From Lepidodermella squamata (lineage: Eukaryota; Animalia; Gastrotricha), in assembly GCA_047495785.1 (NCBI GenBank), contig JBLDXI010000054.1, positions 1,488,001-1,552,000 of the forward strand: a stretch of 64,000 nt of DNA, given 5' to 3'. The position numbers and the translations under genes are program-made. Under the pieces are notes generated by a model. That model did no database searches and was not told the origin of the DNA. It saw only the letters and a list, made by a program, of their open reading frames with translations. This document shows positions 1 to 11,288 of this stretch, piece by piece; the stretch's first letter is position 1; each line of letters opens with the position of its first letter.

Positions 1-357
1 CTGGGGGATTTTTCGGATTATTTCATGCCAACAAATTATCGGAATGAATACGTTTCAAGTGACGAAGATGATATGCCTGATGAGTATAAGAATGACGAGA
101 GAAAAATGGCTGGCGAAGCCCGATTTGCTTATGGCGAACGGCATGTTATCGAGTCGATTTGCGAGAATGATTTGTTGACGTCGAAAAATCCGCACAGCAA
201 CAAACAATTTGCTGGATTATGGATTCGCCCATCTATGATCAAGCGATCGAAGAAGCTAGCCGCTAATTGCTCGATGCAATTTTTGGGTAATTTTTGCTTC
301 ATTCGCGCGACTCGAGATATCAAGTCAGGTGAAAAATTGGTTCTGCCTAAGATGTAG
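1..357 (+). CDS. 3' end of TPR + SET-like protein (paralogue of 7974..9578)
   Basis: Translation aligns with the C-terminus of 7974..9578 (SSDEDDMPD..ERKMAGE.RFAYG, SKNPHS, GLWIRPS, KLAANCS, FCFIRATRDIKSGEKLV). The gene starts before the window. Confidence 0.85.
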   Translation: MGDFSDYFMPTNYRNEYVSSDEDDMPDEYKNDERKMAGEARFAYGERHVIESICENDLLTSKNPHSNKQFAGLWIRPSMIKRSKKLAANCSMQFLGNFCFIRATRDIKSGEKLVLPKM

Positions 358-616
358 AAAAGCCCTGAAAAGGTAAACTTTGTGCAATGACCAATTATTT
401 TGATTACCTCTACCTATTTCTACGTGATTATTATCAGTGCTTTTGCAATTTTGCATCACAATCATTTGCTCAACTTATATACCGAAAAATGTCTCATTTC
501 TTGTTGAATTATCAAATGTATAAATTCAATAAATTCTTACCATGACTGTGTTTCTTCTTGCAGTTCAAGAACAAAAATTGTTTTCATTTGATCGATATGA
601 TTCTGAATATATTTTA

Positions 617-783
617 GCGGAGCCAAATTTGACGGAACCAAAATTAATTGTAGCGAAACTTCAGAAAAAGTGTCATTTTCGAATAATTTTCTATATCATG
701 ATTGTCTCGTGTTCTGAAAATGTTGAACAGAATATTTAGAAAAGGCAATTTGGGCGAATTAATTAATTAAAATTCGGTTCCGC
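617..783. mobile_element. Small PIF/Harbinger-type MITE
   Basis: Imperfect 14-bp TIRs GCGGAGCCAAATTT / AAATTCGGTTCCGC, flanked by TTA (614-616) and TTA (784-786). The same TIR family recurs at 57728..58010. Confidence 0.6.
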
Positions 784-786
784 TTA

Positions 787-2167
787 GGGGGATGTGATCG
801 AAGCAAAAAAATTTATTATCCGTCTGAATTTATTATAATTTACCCAAAATTATTAAATATTCGCTGTTTTCGGCCAAAATTAATTTGAAAATTTACTTTG
901 GGGCAAATTTTAAATAAAAACCGAGCGAAATCAAATTGATTCTCCTGCTTTTTACTTTTTGACCTCATTCTTGACATTATTCTAATAAATTTGGCTAAAA
1001 ATAGCTTGAAATCGACGAAAAATACCATAAATCAAATAAAATCTATGTCTTGCTCGAGGCAGGACTTAGATTTTATTAAAATATGGCTGTTTATCGCAAA
1101 ATTAATCAAGTTTTTATCTGAAATCTCTTGCGCAACAATGAAAATGCTGATTCATCGCGTATTCAGGGATACGTTTTCAGCAGCACTTACGAGGACAGCA
1201 ATAGTGCCATAATTTTGTCATTGTAAGGTACTAGGAAAAGTAACCGAAATCTTCGGTTTTGCTGAGCGATGCTCGTACATGGATGCGAATTTTGTTGCTT
1301 CACAAATGGCGCAAATTTCGGCCGTAGGTATTTTAGTATTTCCGGACCCCGAAACCCTCTTGCCTAAAACCCTAACCCCTACCCTAACCTAAAACTGACC
1401 ATAAAATCAGGGCCGTATCAGCGAGCAGCAAAAATTGCGTGCATATCAGATTTATCGGCAGTCATTCTACATTGAATATCAGAAATTATTCATGAATTTC
1501 CAAATCGATAATCCAAATACATAGCTAGATGTTTAGGTTGATTGCCCCGCTGCCAATTTTCAAATCAGGCAAATTGCTGGAAAATTATAATCTTGGTGTC
1601 AGCCATGTGCTTGCATTATTCTCCCTTCTTTCAACCCACACGAATCAAAATTTCGAAACATATCGCAGCTGAAGCTTTTATGAATAATCCGGGCTGTAAT
1701 ATTGGTTTGATTTATACTATCAGCAATATAAAGAGAGCCTGTATTAAACTGAGAGAACAGCGCAACACTTTCGGGTCTGACTAGTCCCGTTAGAAATATT
1801 CTCATTCCAAGAAAATCCGATTCAGGCCTTGATTCAGGCTGCATTGGCCAAATTTCACGAAATAATAGTTCAAATTGAATGTTCGCTTTTGCCCATGTTG
1901 TAAGCAGATTCAGACAAATCAGAGTGCGATAAAAGCCACAAAAAGCTTAAAAATCCGAATTACTGCGCATGTGCTGAAGAGACAGTGTTATGCAACAATT
2001 GTCGTTATTGTTACGAAACAATGAAATGCACGATTTTATTTAAATGAAGTAATTTTCGCCCGAAAACCTGAGTTTATTTACTTCGATCACACTTTCGAAA
2101 ATTTGAAATCAATTAAAAAATATCAGGTTAAACTAAAATTTACTCATTTGCTTCGATCACATCCCCC
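787..2167. mobile_element. Non-autonomous PIF/Harbinger element
   Basis: TIRs GGGGGATGTGATCGAAGCAAA / TTTGCTTCGATCACATCCCCC with TTA on both sides (784-786, 2168-2170). Its internal ~950-1130 matches ~5110-5290 of the autonomous neighbour in inverted orientation. No transposase. Confidence 0.85.
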
Positions 2168-2606
2168 TTAGAGCCATGTGATCGAAAAGAATGTTTTTAT
2201 GAAATCTTATTCTCAGTAAATTTATTAAATTAATATTTTTCCGGGTGTGATCGAAAGGAAATTTGCCCCAATTTTTATTAAATTTATCTGATTTTGAGAA
2301 AACCTGAAAATTATTGCTGTTGCGTAACAAGTGAAAATATTGCGAAACACAGATGTAGAAACTATAAAAATAGAAAAATTTGGTCAATTCCGATTTCATT
2401 CCCATTTTTCATAAACGAAGGCGAGACTTTCAGTTCCTCAGCGTAACTTGAATTTTTCAGTCTTTCTTCAAAATTTCCCAAAGTTTCTAATTTCAAGGTC
2501 ACCCAAGTTAAACCCTTATTTCGCGTTGTTCTAGAACTTGAAACTATATTAGTGGTTGCAATTTTCGCTTCGCGTTGATCGGTTGATCGGTTTTGATTTG
2601 TTCGCG

Positions 2607-3419
2607 ATGGGGAAACACGACGACGATGACGATGAAGACGAGAAGAAGGGCAAGAGAGAAAGGGGCAAGAATTACACCGACAATGATGTCCTCGCTCTGG
2701 TGAACGTATTAAAGCAATTTCCAGCTGGTAGAAAGGCCGCCTTTTACCCGCTTTGCCGTGAAAAAGGTTTCACTGATCCAATATGGGACGAGGTTACGGA
2801 GCTTTTCAATGACTCTTACGACGGCGGCATCAGCTGCACCAGGTCAGCAAAGCAGCTCGAGTTAAAGTTTCGGGATTTGAGGAAAGATGCGAAACGCGAC
2901 ATTGCGGAATGGAACCTGGTTCGAAAAGCGACCGGCAACAAACCAACCAAACCTCTGTCGGCTTTTGCTTTGCTTGTCAAGGAATTTGAACCCTCAACGG
3001 CTATACCGTTATCAGGTGTCCCGGATAGTCTGAAAGGGCGATTCAAGACGGAAGTTCAAGCGATATCAAGCGATGATGATTTGCCCGACATTCCTCCACC
3101 TCCACCTCCAACTTTTACCCCTTCTACTTCAGCTCGGACTTCGAGCTCAAGCCGTGCTGATTCAGGTTATTCTGCTGAAAGCAAGCGCCCGAAATTAACC
3201 ACCGAAATTAAGCTCTCGGCTGCCCAAGGCGACGAGGCCATGATCATGGCTCGTGAACTTCAAGCTCGTCGAATGGAAGTTCTCGACATGGAGTTTAGAG
3301 CATACGAGGCAGTAATCGGCGGTTGTTACGAGCTCACATCGTTTCTGCAGGATCTGCGCGCAAGTAATCGACCAGTCCTTGGCACAGTGATGCCCCCGGC
3401 CGAACAATCTGGCCAGTGA
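2607..3419 (+). CDS. Harbinger Myb/SANT-like (trihelix) DNA-binding protein
   Basis: RGKNYTDNDVLALV...IWDEVTELFN...RSAKQLELKFRDLRK...TGN pattern plus C-terminal coiled coil. First ATG at 2607; lies inside the TIRs. Confidence 0.88.
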   Translation: MGKHDDDDDEDEKKGKRERGKNYTDNDVLALVNVLKQFPAGRKAAFYPLCREKGFTDPIWDEVTELFNDSYDGGISCTRSAKQLELKFRDLRKDAKRDIAEWNLVRKATGNKPTKPLSAFALLVKEFEPSTAIPLSGVPDSLKGRFKTEVQAISSDDDLPDIPPPPPPTFTPSTSARTSSSSRADSGYSAESKRPKLTTEIKLSAAQGDEAMIMARELQARRMEVLDMEFRAYEAVIGGCYELTSFLQDLRASNRPVLGTVMPPAEQSGQ

Positions 3420-3825
3420 AATCAAAGCCCGAGCGCTGAAAATTTCTAATTGACACTTGAAAATCCTAAGAGACTATGTACATTTGAGAAATAATTACCG
3501 ATTTGTTGACTGAATTTTCTACCATGTTCTTACTACTACTGCTGCTACTCAAGTCAAGTTTTTCAAGCTTTTGTGAATAAATAAGGGTGGCATTAAAAAG
3601 TTATGATTTGTCGGCTGATTCTCGAAAATTGGAAATTGTAGAAAACTCAGAGAAGTGTCACATGGCTCAGGTAACTCAATTTTCTCAATTAAACCTTATT
3701 TCATAATTTTTGAAAATTTTGCTATTTTCGAAATTCATTTTTTTAGAATTTTTGATGCGTTTCGTTTTTCTTAGAATTTGTAAATACCTAAATCATTCTG
3801 GATTTTTTCGAATTATACGAATTAG

Positions 3826-4965
3826 CTTACAACGCGCGCGCTTTGAGGAAGGAGCGCGTGTTCAGGTTTCACACCGATGAACTGACGAAATGGGACGATA
3901 ACGAATTTTTTGAAAGATTCAAATTCTCGAAGGCCACGGTCGCTTTGTTGATTGAACTATTTTACGCCGATCTTAGACCACGTCTAACACGTCGAAATCA
4001 TGCGTTGACACCCGCTCAGGTTTTTCTCATCGGTTTGGGATATCTAACTACAGGTGCTAAGCAACGATGCCAAGGTATTTGTTCTGAGCTGATAACCCGG
4101 CTATTTTGAGCCATGGTATTTTCAGGAGACAAGCTAGGCGTTCATCGAACAACGGTAGTGAAAAACGTCCATACCGTCATTCGAGCCATCACAAATCGAT
4201 TTGAAGATTTTGTTTACCTCCCCAGAAATAGAGAAGCTAATAGTTTGTCTCGAAAGGGTCGAAATTATTGCGGGATACCCGCAATTCTGGGAATAATAGA
4301 CTGCACGCATATTCGCATCGTAAGGCCCGGTGGGCAGGTGCCAGACCCCAACTCGTTCTTCTGCGCTCGATATAGTAGGCTCATCATAAATTATTCCTAA
4401 AAAATTCTGATTTTCTGAAAATTTTCCAGATATGTTTTCTGTAAACTGTCAAGTAGTTGGTGATATCAATTACCAAATTCGTCACGTTTGCGCAAGGTTT
4501 GCCGGTTCTGTCCACGACGCTGCGATTTTTCGCGCATCTGGCCTTAGGGAAGAAATTGAAATTCGATATCCTGGTATGAACCTCATCGGCGACTCTGGGT
4601 ATCCATGTTTGGTGTCCCTCATAACGCCTCTGGGTAATCCTTTGAATGAAGCTCAGCGGCGATTCCAGGCCGCGCTCATTAGGATCCGAATTATCATCGA
4701 ATGTATTTTTGGCATCCTGAAAGGTCGCTTCGGAGTCATTCGTGATGATGACAACAAAGTTCGGCTCCGCTTGGGCCAGGCTACTCACGCATTCTGTGCC
4801 TGTTGTGTCCTTCATAACATCGCAACATCGCGAAACGAGCGTGTTGATGAGAACTGGCTACCCCAAGATGACGATGCTCGCATCGTTTTTCCCACTGATC
4901 TAGCGCTTGAGGGTAGTGCAGCTGGCTTTGCTCGTCGGCGTCAACTAGTCGAGTTATTTCGATGA
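3826..4965 (+). CDS. Harbinger (HARBI1-like, DDE_Tnp_4) transposase; introns 4075-4125 and 4375-4429; 5' exon unresolved
   Basis: Spliced frame gives FFERFKFSK, IIDCTH, HDA, IGDSGY, IIECIFGILKGRF and LHN. Both GT-AG introns restore the frame. Confidence 0.92.
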
Positions 4966-5709
4966 AATTTAGACGAAATTGATTGAACTCAAGCTCGGTA
5001 TCAATAAAATTGATATGAAAGACTAACATCAAGTGCGTTTTATGCTCAAATTTGGAGCGTTTCGAACGAGAAACGGTCTGAACAGGAATTCGCGATTTTT
5101 CTAGCCTTACTATTGCGTAATCGATTTTGGGCAAAAATCTATTAATTTTATGAAAATGTCGCCAAAATATATATAAATCTATGTCCTGCTCGGAGCAGGA
5201 CATAGATTTTATTTTATTTTTGGCATATTTTGTCGTTTTCAGCCAAATTTTATTAAAATTTGACAAAGAATTGTCGTAATTGAGGTCAAACAGGAAATTT
5301 AAATACATTTTAATAAATTGGAGGCCGATTTGGTCCAAAAATTATCGAATCGTAAATATTAAATAAAAATTTACCGAAAAACGGTAAAATTTAAATATTT
5401 TTTAGCTCAAAACGACAGAATTTATTTAATTTCAGCTTTTTATAAAAACATTTACTTCGATCACATGGCTCTTAGTAAGAGCCATTTATATTTAACTTAT
5501 ATTAATTTATAATTCAATTATATTTTAATTTGAAAAATATTAATTTATTTTACCCAAAATAGTGTTAATTGCTTTGAATATTTTGGCAAATGTAAGGGAA
5601 TAATCAAAGAATTGATAACTTCTGTGTACAGTGCTTACTCGATAACTGAACGGGAGCCGGGTCCAGGGTCGAGGACAGCTCTATCGACGGTTGAGAGTAT
5701 TAGGAATTA

Positions 5710-5965
5710 CTGCGTGTCCCAGAAGTAGCACAACTATTATTTAATTTGACTTTTTTTTGTACGAAATTCATCTAATTTTTTTAAATTTAACCTACCGAGG
5801 GAATATTCCATCCTTTATCCGCGATTTAACTGAAGAATAATAAATTTTCCGGAGAAAACCCGGAATATCCCGATGGTAACCGGTTCGGTAATTTTCGGTA
5901 TTTTACCCGGCTGGGCAGAATTTCTGCGGACTTTTCAATCCCATTAAGAAGTGACACACTTTTAC
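5710..5965. repeat. Tc1/mariner-like MITE fragment (second copy ~55902-56140)
   Basis: TA+CTGCGTGTCCCAGAAGTAGCACAACTATT...CTTTATCCGCGATT.AAC.GAAGA is shared with 55902-56140. Oppositely oriented GGACACGCTG ends occur at ~9931 and ~28797. Confidence 0.55.
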
Positions 5966-6693
5966 AATGCTCGTGATTTTTTGAATTTTCCCAAGAAAAT
6001 TTCTAAAAGTTTTCTGAAAGTGAATAGTACGTAAGTATTTACTGATTTGTAGAGGTCTTCATCCTAGTTCCTAGTTTCACCAGGCACAACAATTATTAAA
6101 TTATTATGAGTTATACTTATTCTCAGCTTCTTCGACCATATTTTCAGTTATATTGAACAGAGATTTCATGGCATTCCTCAGAATTTATCAATGGAAATGT
6201 TGTGAGAAATATTTTTTCAAAATTGCGTTTATTTCGAATTCTGAATTTTGAAAAAAACCTAATTGCGTTTGTCACAGCTCAGCGTTTTAATCGCTAACAA
6301 AACACTGATTCGAAGTTTGAGTTCTGTAAAGTAGAAAGATTTTATGCGGGCAATTTCTTTTGTATGAAAGACCGGACAATAGCGAAAATGAACGAGAAAC
6401 CTAAACGAACCCTTACCGGGCAACTTCGACCTCCGCATGAATATACATTGCTCGCTTTCGATTTTGTCCTAAGCCGCAACCCCAACGTTAGCATTGAGCC
6501 AAGCAAAGGTAGTCGCCTCGTTATCAGCCATAGGAAACAGCGAACCGATGACCAGGCGAAGGATGTGAAAGAGCGAAGGCGTGACCGATTAATCCTTCGA
6601 GCTCAGGGCTTTAAGGCGGGCCCAGAAGCTTGCGAAGCTCGGCTCCTCATCGTTGCCGATCAGATGAACCGAGGTAGTCAGCTTTGAATTCGG

Positions 6694-6880
6694 CTATAAA
6701 GCAACCGTCCGAGGCCGGGTGGCATTGGGAGGCAGGAAACGGCATTTGATTTTTCTATCGGGCATGGGAAGGCACTCGTGACCTGAGAAATTGTCGATGA
6801 TTAACAACGCCCGAACTAGTCGATTTTTTTCCTGGCATTTTTCTGTCACATCAGGTACGAAATAGTTGCAGAACCAGTCT
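6694..6880 (-). pseudogene. pogo/CENP-B DDE_1 transposase fragment
   Basis: DWFCNYFVP...RALLIIDNFSGH...IKCRFLPPNAT is the characteristic DDE_1 block; flanks are degraded. Confidence 0.8.
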
Positions 6881-7973
6881 TTCCTTGCTGTCTGGTCATA
6901 AATTCGAGTGGAATGCGAGTAGAGAAGTTTATTATGGTCAGTACTATGGTCAGTACTTGGCAAAGAATCTTCGACTGAATAATTTCGGCGCCGCTAAATA
7001 TCAGCACAGATGGAATTTAGTCCTTACCTGCTCATTCCCTTACGGTCGGCAATATTTTCCCATTCCTCTCAAGCAGACCGCGTTTAGTAGTCTACCTGAC
7101 TTCAACGCTCCTCACACTGTTTCGTGACTAATTTGGTAACGAAACACGACGCATAGCTGATCAGCAGCTTTTTATTCTACTTCACTACTGCGTGAGGTGA
7201 TAAGAACTCGAGAGAAAACACGTTCCGCTTCGTTGGCAATAGCTGAATTTTTAAAATAATTTATTTCTTTTTTTTGAAATTTGAAATTAAAATATTCAAA
7301 TAATTAATTATGCGGGTTGCGGAAACGGGGTTGCGGTTATCGAGGGAGCACTGTTCATGAAACACTGTTCATGAAACATGAAACATTAGAGAAAATCCAT
7401 TTTAGGTGATAATCATTGAAAATTGATTATTATGAATTATTCAGCCTAAATTTTGAATGTAAAAGCTATTTAGATTCGGAATATTTGCTGTCATATTAGA
7501 TATTCTGGCTTATTGGAATAAGGAAAATATTTATTTCGCTGAATTTCACTGAATTTTAATTTTTTTTACGATTTATCTCCAAGGCAATGAAAAAATGTTG
7601 ATGACAATTTTTTCCACGCTTTTGCTTTTTTCAAGTTAATCGGCTTCAAAATTTCAGAATTCTAAAGCGATAAGGCGGTTCCTTCAAGAAAATATTGGGG
7701 ATCGATTTCGGCATAGTTTTTTAATTTGTGGAAAAATAAATGAAAGGGACACATTTTCAACACAATTTGTAAGGCTTTTTTATTGACATTTTTTAGAAAA
7801 GCCGTGGGTTCCGCATAAAGCTATAAGTACATATTAGCTTTCAATCCGGTTAGAATAATTTTAAAACTCGATTTTTCGAAAATTAATTCGAACCCCGTAT
7901 ACGACTTAGTTTTAAGAAATTTCTCTTTAATATTTTTAGAATTTAATTTTTAAATAAATATCCACCAATCAAA

Positions 7974-9578
7974 ATGCACTCGATGCCGTTTGAAACCGCG
8001 GAAAGAATCCAAAAAATGTCCGCCTTCGCCGAAAGCATGTACAACCCGCAGTACATGGACGACTTTGCAATCTCCCACCTGCCTCAGGTTGAACTAAAAC
8101 CCGAAAATATGACCACCCTTCGAAAAATCCAACAACGCGGAACCGACGAAGCGAGCCCCGGAAAATTCCTACTCGCCCGAGTTTTAGAGGTCCACTCTAT
8201 CACGCGAGTCACGGTTGGCTTCACCCTGGACGACCCTGAGGCGAAACACGTCCTGCCGCTCGTATTCATCTCACCCGGCGCTGTTTACCAACGAGGCGAG
8301 TTTGTCCCATTCGATTTCAGCAGCTTCATCGACTCAATCCCCGTTGGATCGATCATCGCCCTAATGAACCCGTGGCTGACTATGTCAAACAAGCTGCAGA
8401 GCCGAAATCCGAATCATTTGGTCGTTCTTGGGAAACATCACCCGCTATTCGATGATGGGAAAATCAAATTCCTATCCCCTGGACCTGGTCGAGCTAGCCT
8501 GAAATCGTTCGATAACATGGCTCCGAAAGACGCTGGTGTCAAATATTTCGCGGCTAAAAATTACCTGATGGCGAAAGAGTGCTTCTCAAAGGCGATTTCA
8601 GCCGCTGAAAATGACGAAATTCGAGGGAAACAATACGCGAATCGAGCTATGGCCTATCTCTGCCTTTCAAAACCGAAAGAAGCGCTGATCGATGCGGAAA
8701 AAGGCCTGGAATTCGACTCGAAAAACGTGAAATTGATATATCGAAAGGCGAAATCTCTCTTCATTCTGGCTCGCTATGACGAATGCGTTGAATTTTTGAA
8801 AAAATTCGAGGAAATTGTTGGCGAAAACAACGATTTGAAAGAATTGCTGGCTCAAGCTGAAATCGCTGCGGTCGAGTCGAAAACTGGAAATTACGATTTT
8901 GAAAAAATTAAGGAGGAATTGAAAAATCATGCAAGTCTCGAAAATCACGCTGAATATTTCGACGAAAATTCGCTTGAAATCGTGAAAAAGAAGGAAAAAT
9001 GCGAAATTCGGGTGAAAAATGGCATTTCGAACGGATCTTTGCTAATGGCTTCAAAAGCGTTTGTTTTCTATGAAAAAGTCGAAAAATTCGAGTGTACCAT
9101 GTGTTCGATGGAGGGTAAACACGACCATCCTGAGGTTATGGTCGAACCTTGGAAGCAGATTGAAACGCTGGCTAGTGCAAAAATTTCGGTTGATGCAGCG
9201 GCGTTTGAAAAGTTCAAACAACTCGGCGATTTTTCCGACTATAAAAAGCCGGAAAATTTCAAAAATGAAGATTTTTCGAGTGATGACGACGATTTGCCGG
9301 ATGATTTCAAAAATCCTGAGCGGAAAATGGCGGGTGAGGATCGTTTCGCGTATGGCGGCCGGGGTGAAATTGAGACGATTTGCCAGCACTGTTTGATGAC
9401 TTCGAAAAATCCGCACAGCAGGAAAAATTACGCTGGAGTTTGGGTCGAACCGTCGCTGATCAAGAAATCGCAGAAATTGGCGGCTAATTGCTCGGTGGAA
9501 TGTTTCGGTAATTTTTGTTTCGTTCGCGCTTCGGAAGATATTAAGCCGGGTGAAAAATTGGTGCTGCGCAAGAAATGA
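7974..9578 (+). CDS. Intronless TPR + SET-like domain protein, 534 aa (SET probably inactive)
   Basis: TPR motifs (GVKYFAAKNYLMAKECFSKAI, YANRAMAYL, IYRKAKSLF). Split SET strands: IRVKNGISNGSLLM ... GVWVEPS ... FVRASEDIKPGEKLV. Confidence 0.85.
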   Translation: MHSMPFETAERIQKMSAFAESMYNPQYMDDFAISHLPQVELKPENMTTLRKIQQRGTDEASPGKFLLARVLEVHSITRVTVGFTLDDPEAKHVLPLVFISPGAVYQRGEFVPFDFSSFIDSIPVGSIIALMNPWLTMSNKLQSRNPNHLVVLGKHHPLFDDGKIKFLSPGPGRASLKSFDNMAPKDAGVKYFAAKNYLMAKECFSKAISAAENDEIRGKQYANRAMAYLCLSKPKEALIDAEKGLEFDSKNVKLIYRKAKSLFILARYDECVEFLKKFEEIVGENNDLKELLAQAEIAAVESKTGNYDFEKIKEELKNHASLENHAEYFDENSLEIVKKKEKCEIRVKNGISNGSLLMASKAFVFYEKVEKFECTMCSMEGKHDHPEVMVEPWKQIETLASAKISVDAAAFEKFKQLGDFSDYKKPENFKNEDFSSDDDDLPDDFKNPERKMAGEDRFAYGGRGEIETICQHCLMTSKNPHSRKNYAGVWVEPSLIKKSQKLAANCSVECFGNFCFVRASEDIKPGEKLVLRKK

Positions 9579-11288
9579 AAATTGCCGAGAAAAAATGGGA
9601 CAAAAACAGTGCCAAAGCCCAAATTGACTGGAAATAATTTTGCAATATTTTGACAATTGCTATAATACTTGATTGTTGGTTATCAATGGTGAAATTTTCG
9701 CATCTTTCAAATTGCTCAATTTTTCACTGTGAAATCCTTTGCTCATCCTTTGCTATTACTCGAGTGCCATAATATTCAATAAAATCGTTATCGCTGCATT
9801 TCTGTATTTTTATAATTTTAAATAATTGTTGATACATGAAGAAAGATTCCTAAAAAGCGATGAAAATGAGGAAAGCAATATTTCTTTTTCCAAGGAAGCT
9901 GTTTGAGATCGATCGAATCGGTTACTTATGGGACACGCTGTGCCTAGTGTTTCGCCATTTTTCAGCAAGGCGTGGAAATTCGAATTTTGCCGGCAGCATC
10001 ATGAACTTTTACAGGTAGACGCGTCGAAGTGAGATTAGTGGCTAAATTTCGTTGGATCCAACCCAACGTGTTCAAGTAAGCCTCCCGCAGCTGAAATCAG
10101 ATCACGCAGCTTTGCGACTCTTCCATAGATCATGGGGGGTCCATGTATGATTTTTTTGAATGATAGAACTGATACTCAGCTATGAGCACGCAAAAAATTA
10201 GACTGATCGGATGCAAATTGAGAAAGTTATTGATTTCAGAAATTTCATTTTGAATTTATTTAGGAGTAGCAATTTTCGCGTACGGATAGGCATCCCTTAA
10301 TTATTATTTAATTCGAACCACCCTTTAGATTGAGGCCGTTGATAAGTTGATTTTGGCCAAAAATTGAAGCTAAAATAATAACGAATTTCAGATTTTTTAA
10401 AATTTTTTTCTAGCACCCTGATTTGAGTCTACTTGTATGTAATTGTATTATTTTCGGTTGAATTCTTGTTCGGTTGCTATTTTTGTCATAATATCCTGAG
10501 TAATTTTGATATGAATTTACTAATTGGAGAAAGCGTGTAGCCTTGCAAATTTCCGTCCATGAGTGAAAGTTGTAGCTAAATTTCGATTAGGAATTTAGCC
10601 AAAATTTGATACTTCTGTTGGAATGAGCGCTATAGTGAAATCATTACCAAATTATTGAATTCAGTACCAAATTATTCCAATTAGTTCCAAATCCCAAATT
10701 TTAAGACCCAGCCTTCAACCCTAACTTAACCCTGACCCTAACTCTAACCAGTTAAATAACGAATGAAATGGTTAGGTATTGAGTTAAATGAAATTTAGTA
10801 CCGGCTTAAGACCGGCGTAATTTTTTCAACCGAATCTCGAACGAGGCGTGATCAAACTGGAATATGTTGTGTCACTTTTAGACAATTCTCGAGGAAAGTT
10901 ATCTAATGGTACTCACGGGGTCTTTACCATGTCATCTTCGGGTTTTGCTTAGCCAGCTTTTGAGGCAGTCTTTCCAGAAATGAGAATTTTCCTCATCATC
11001 AACTCAGATTTCCCCCTTTTTATGGAAGGGGAAGTAAGTAAGGGGGAAGTAATTCAAATTAGCGCACTGGTACAGACTGAGTTCGGCAAACAATGTGAAC
11101 CGGATATATAAGGCACAAGAGACGGAAGTTCATCGCACGGGGTTCAGACGGTTTTCCATGTTTCACGATTTTTCTTTCGGAATCCTGAGTTCTTCCCGCA
11201 GAGTCACGACTTGTTTTCATCCGGATGACGAGACCGTCTATTTGCTCATTTTTTAATATTATCACTTCGCAAATTCTTCAGGTTTAAG

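Larger units (their letters stand above)
2171..5471 (+). mobile_element. Autonomous PIF/Harbinger DNA transposon
   Basis: Perfect 16-bp TIRs GAGCCATGTGATCGAA / TTCGATCACATGGCTC, TTA TSD (2168-2170, 5472-5474), and both hallmark genes (Myb/SANT protein and DDE transposase). Confidence 0.95.
5629..7353 (-). mobile_element. Decayed pogo/Tigger-like element
   Basis: Left end TA+CAGTGCTTACTCGATAAC matches the reverse complement of the right end (CAGTGCTCCCTCGATAAC). Internal DDE_1 fragment at 6694..6963. Confidence 0.7.

Noticed and set aside
1355-1398. CCCTAA-like telomeric repeats (also 10718-10750)
   Set aside because: Only a few degenerate units inside repeat-derived DNA; no evidence of a telomere or telomere-targeting element.
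6364-6687. 107-aa plus-strand ORF
   Set aside because: Lies inside the decayed pogo element, antisense to its transposase, with no recognisable motif.
9051-9656. Long antisense ORFs over real genes (also 4384-4815, 12912-13448, 60521-61057)
   Set aside because: Shadows of codon bias on the coding strand.
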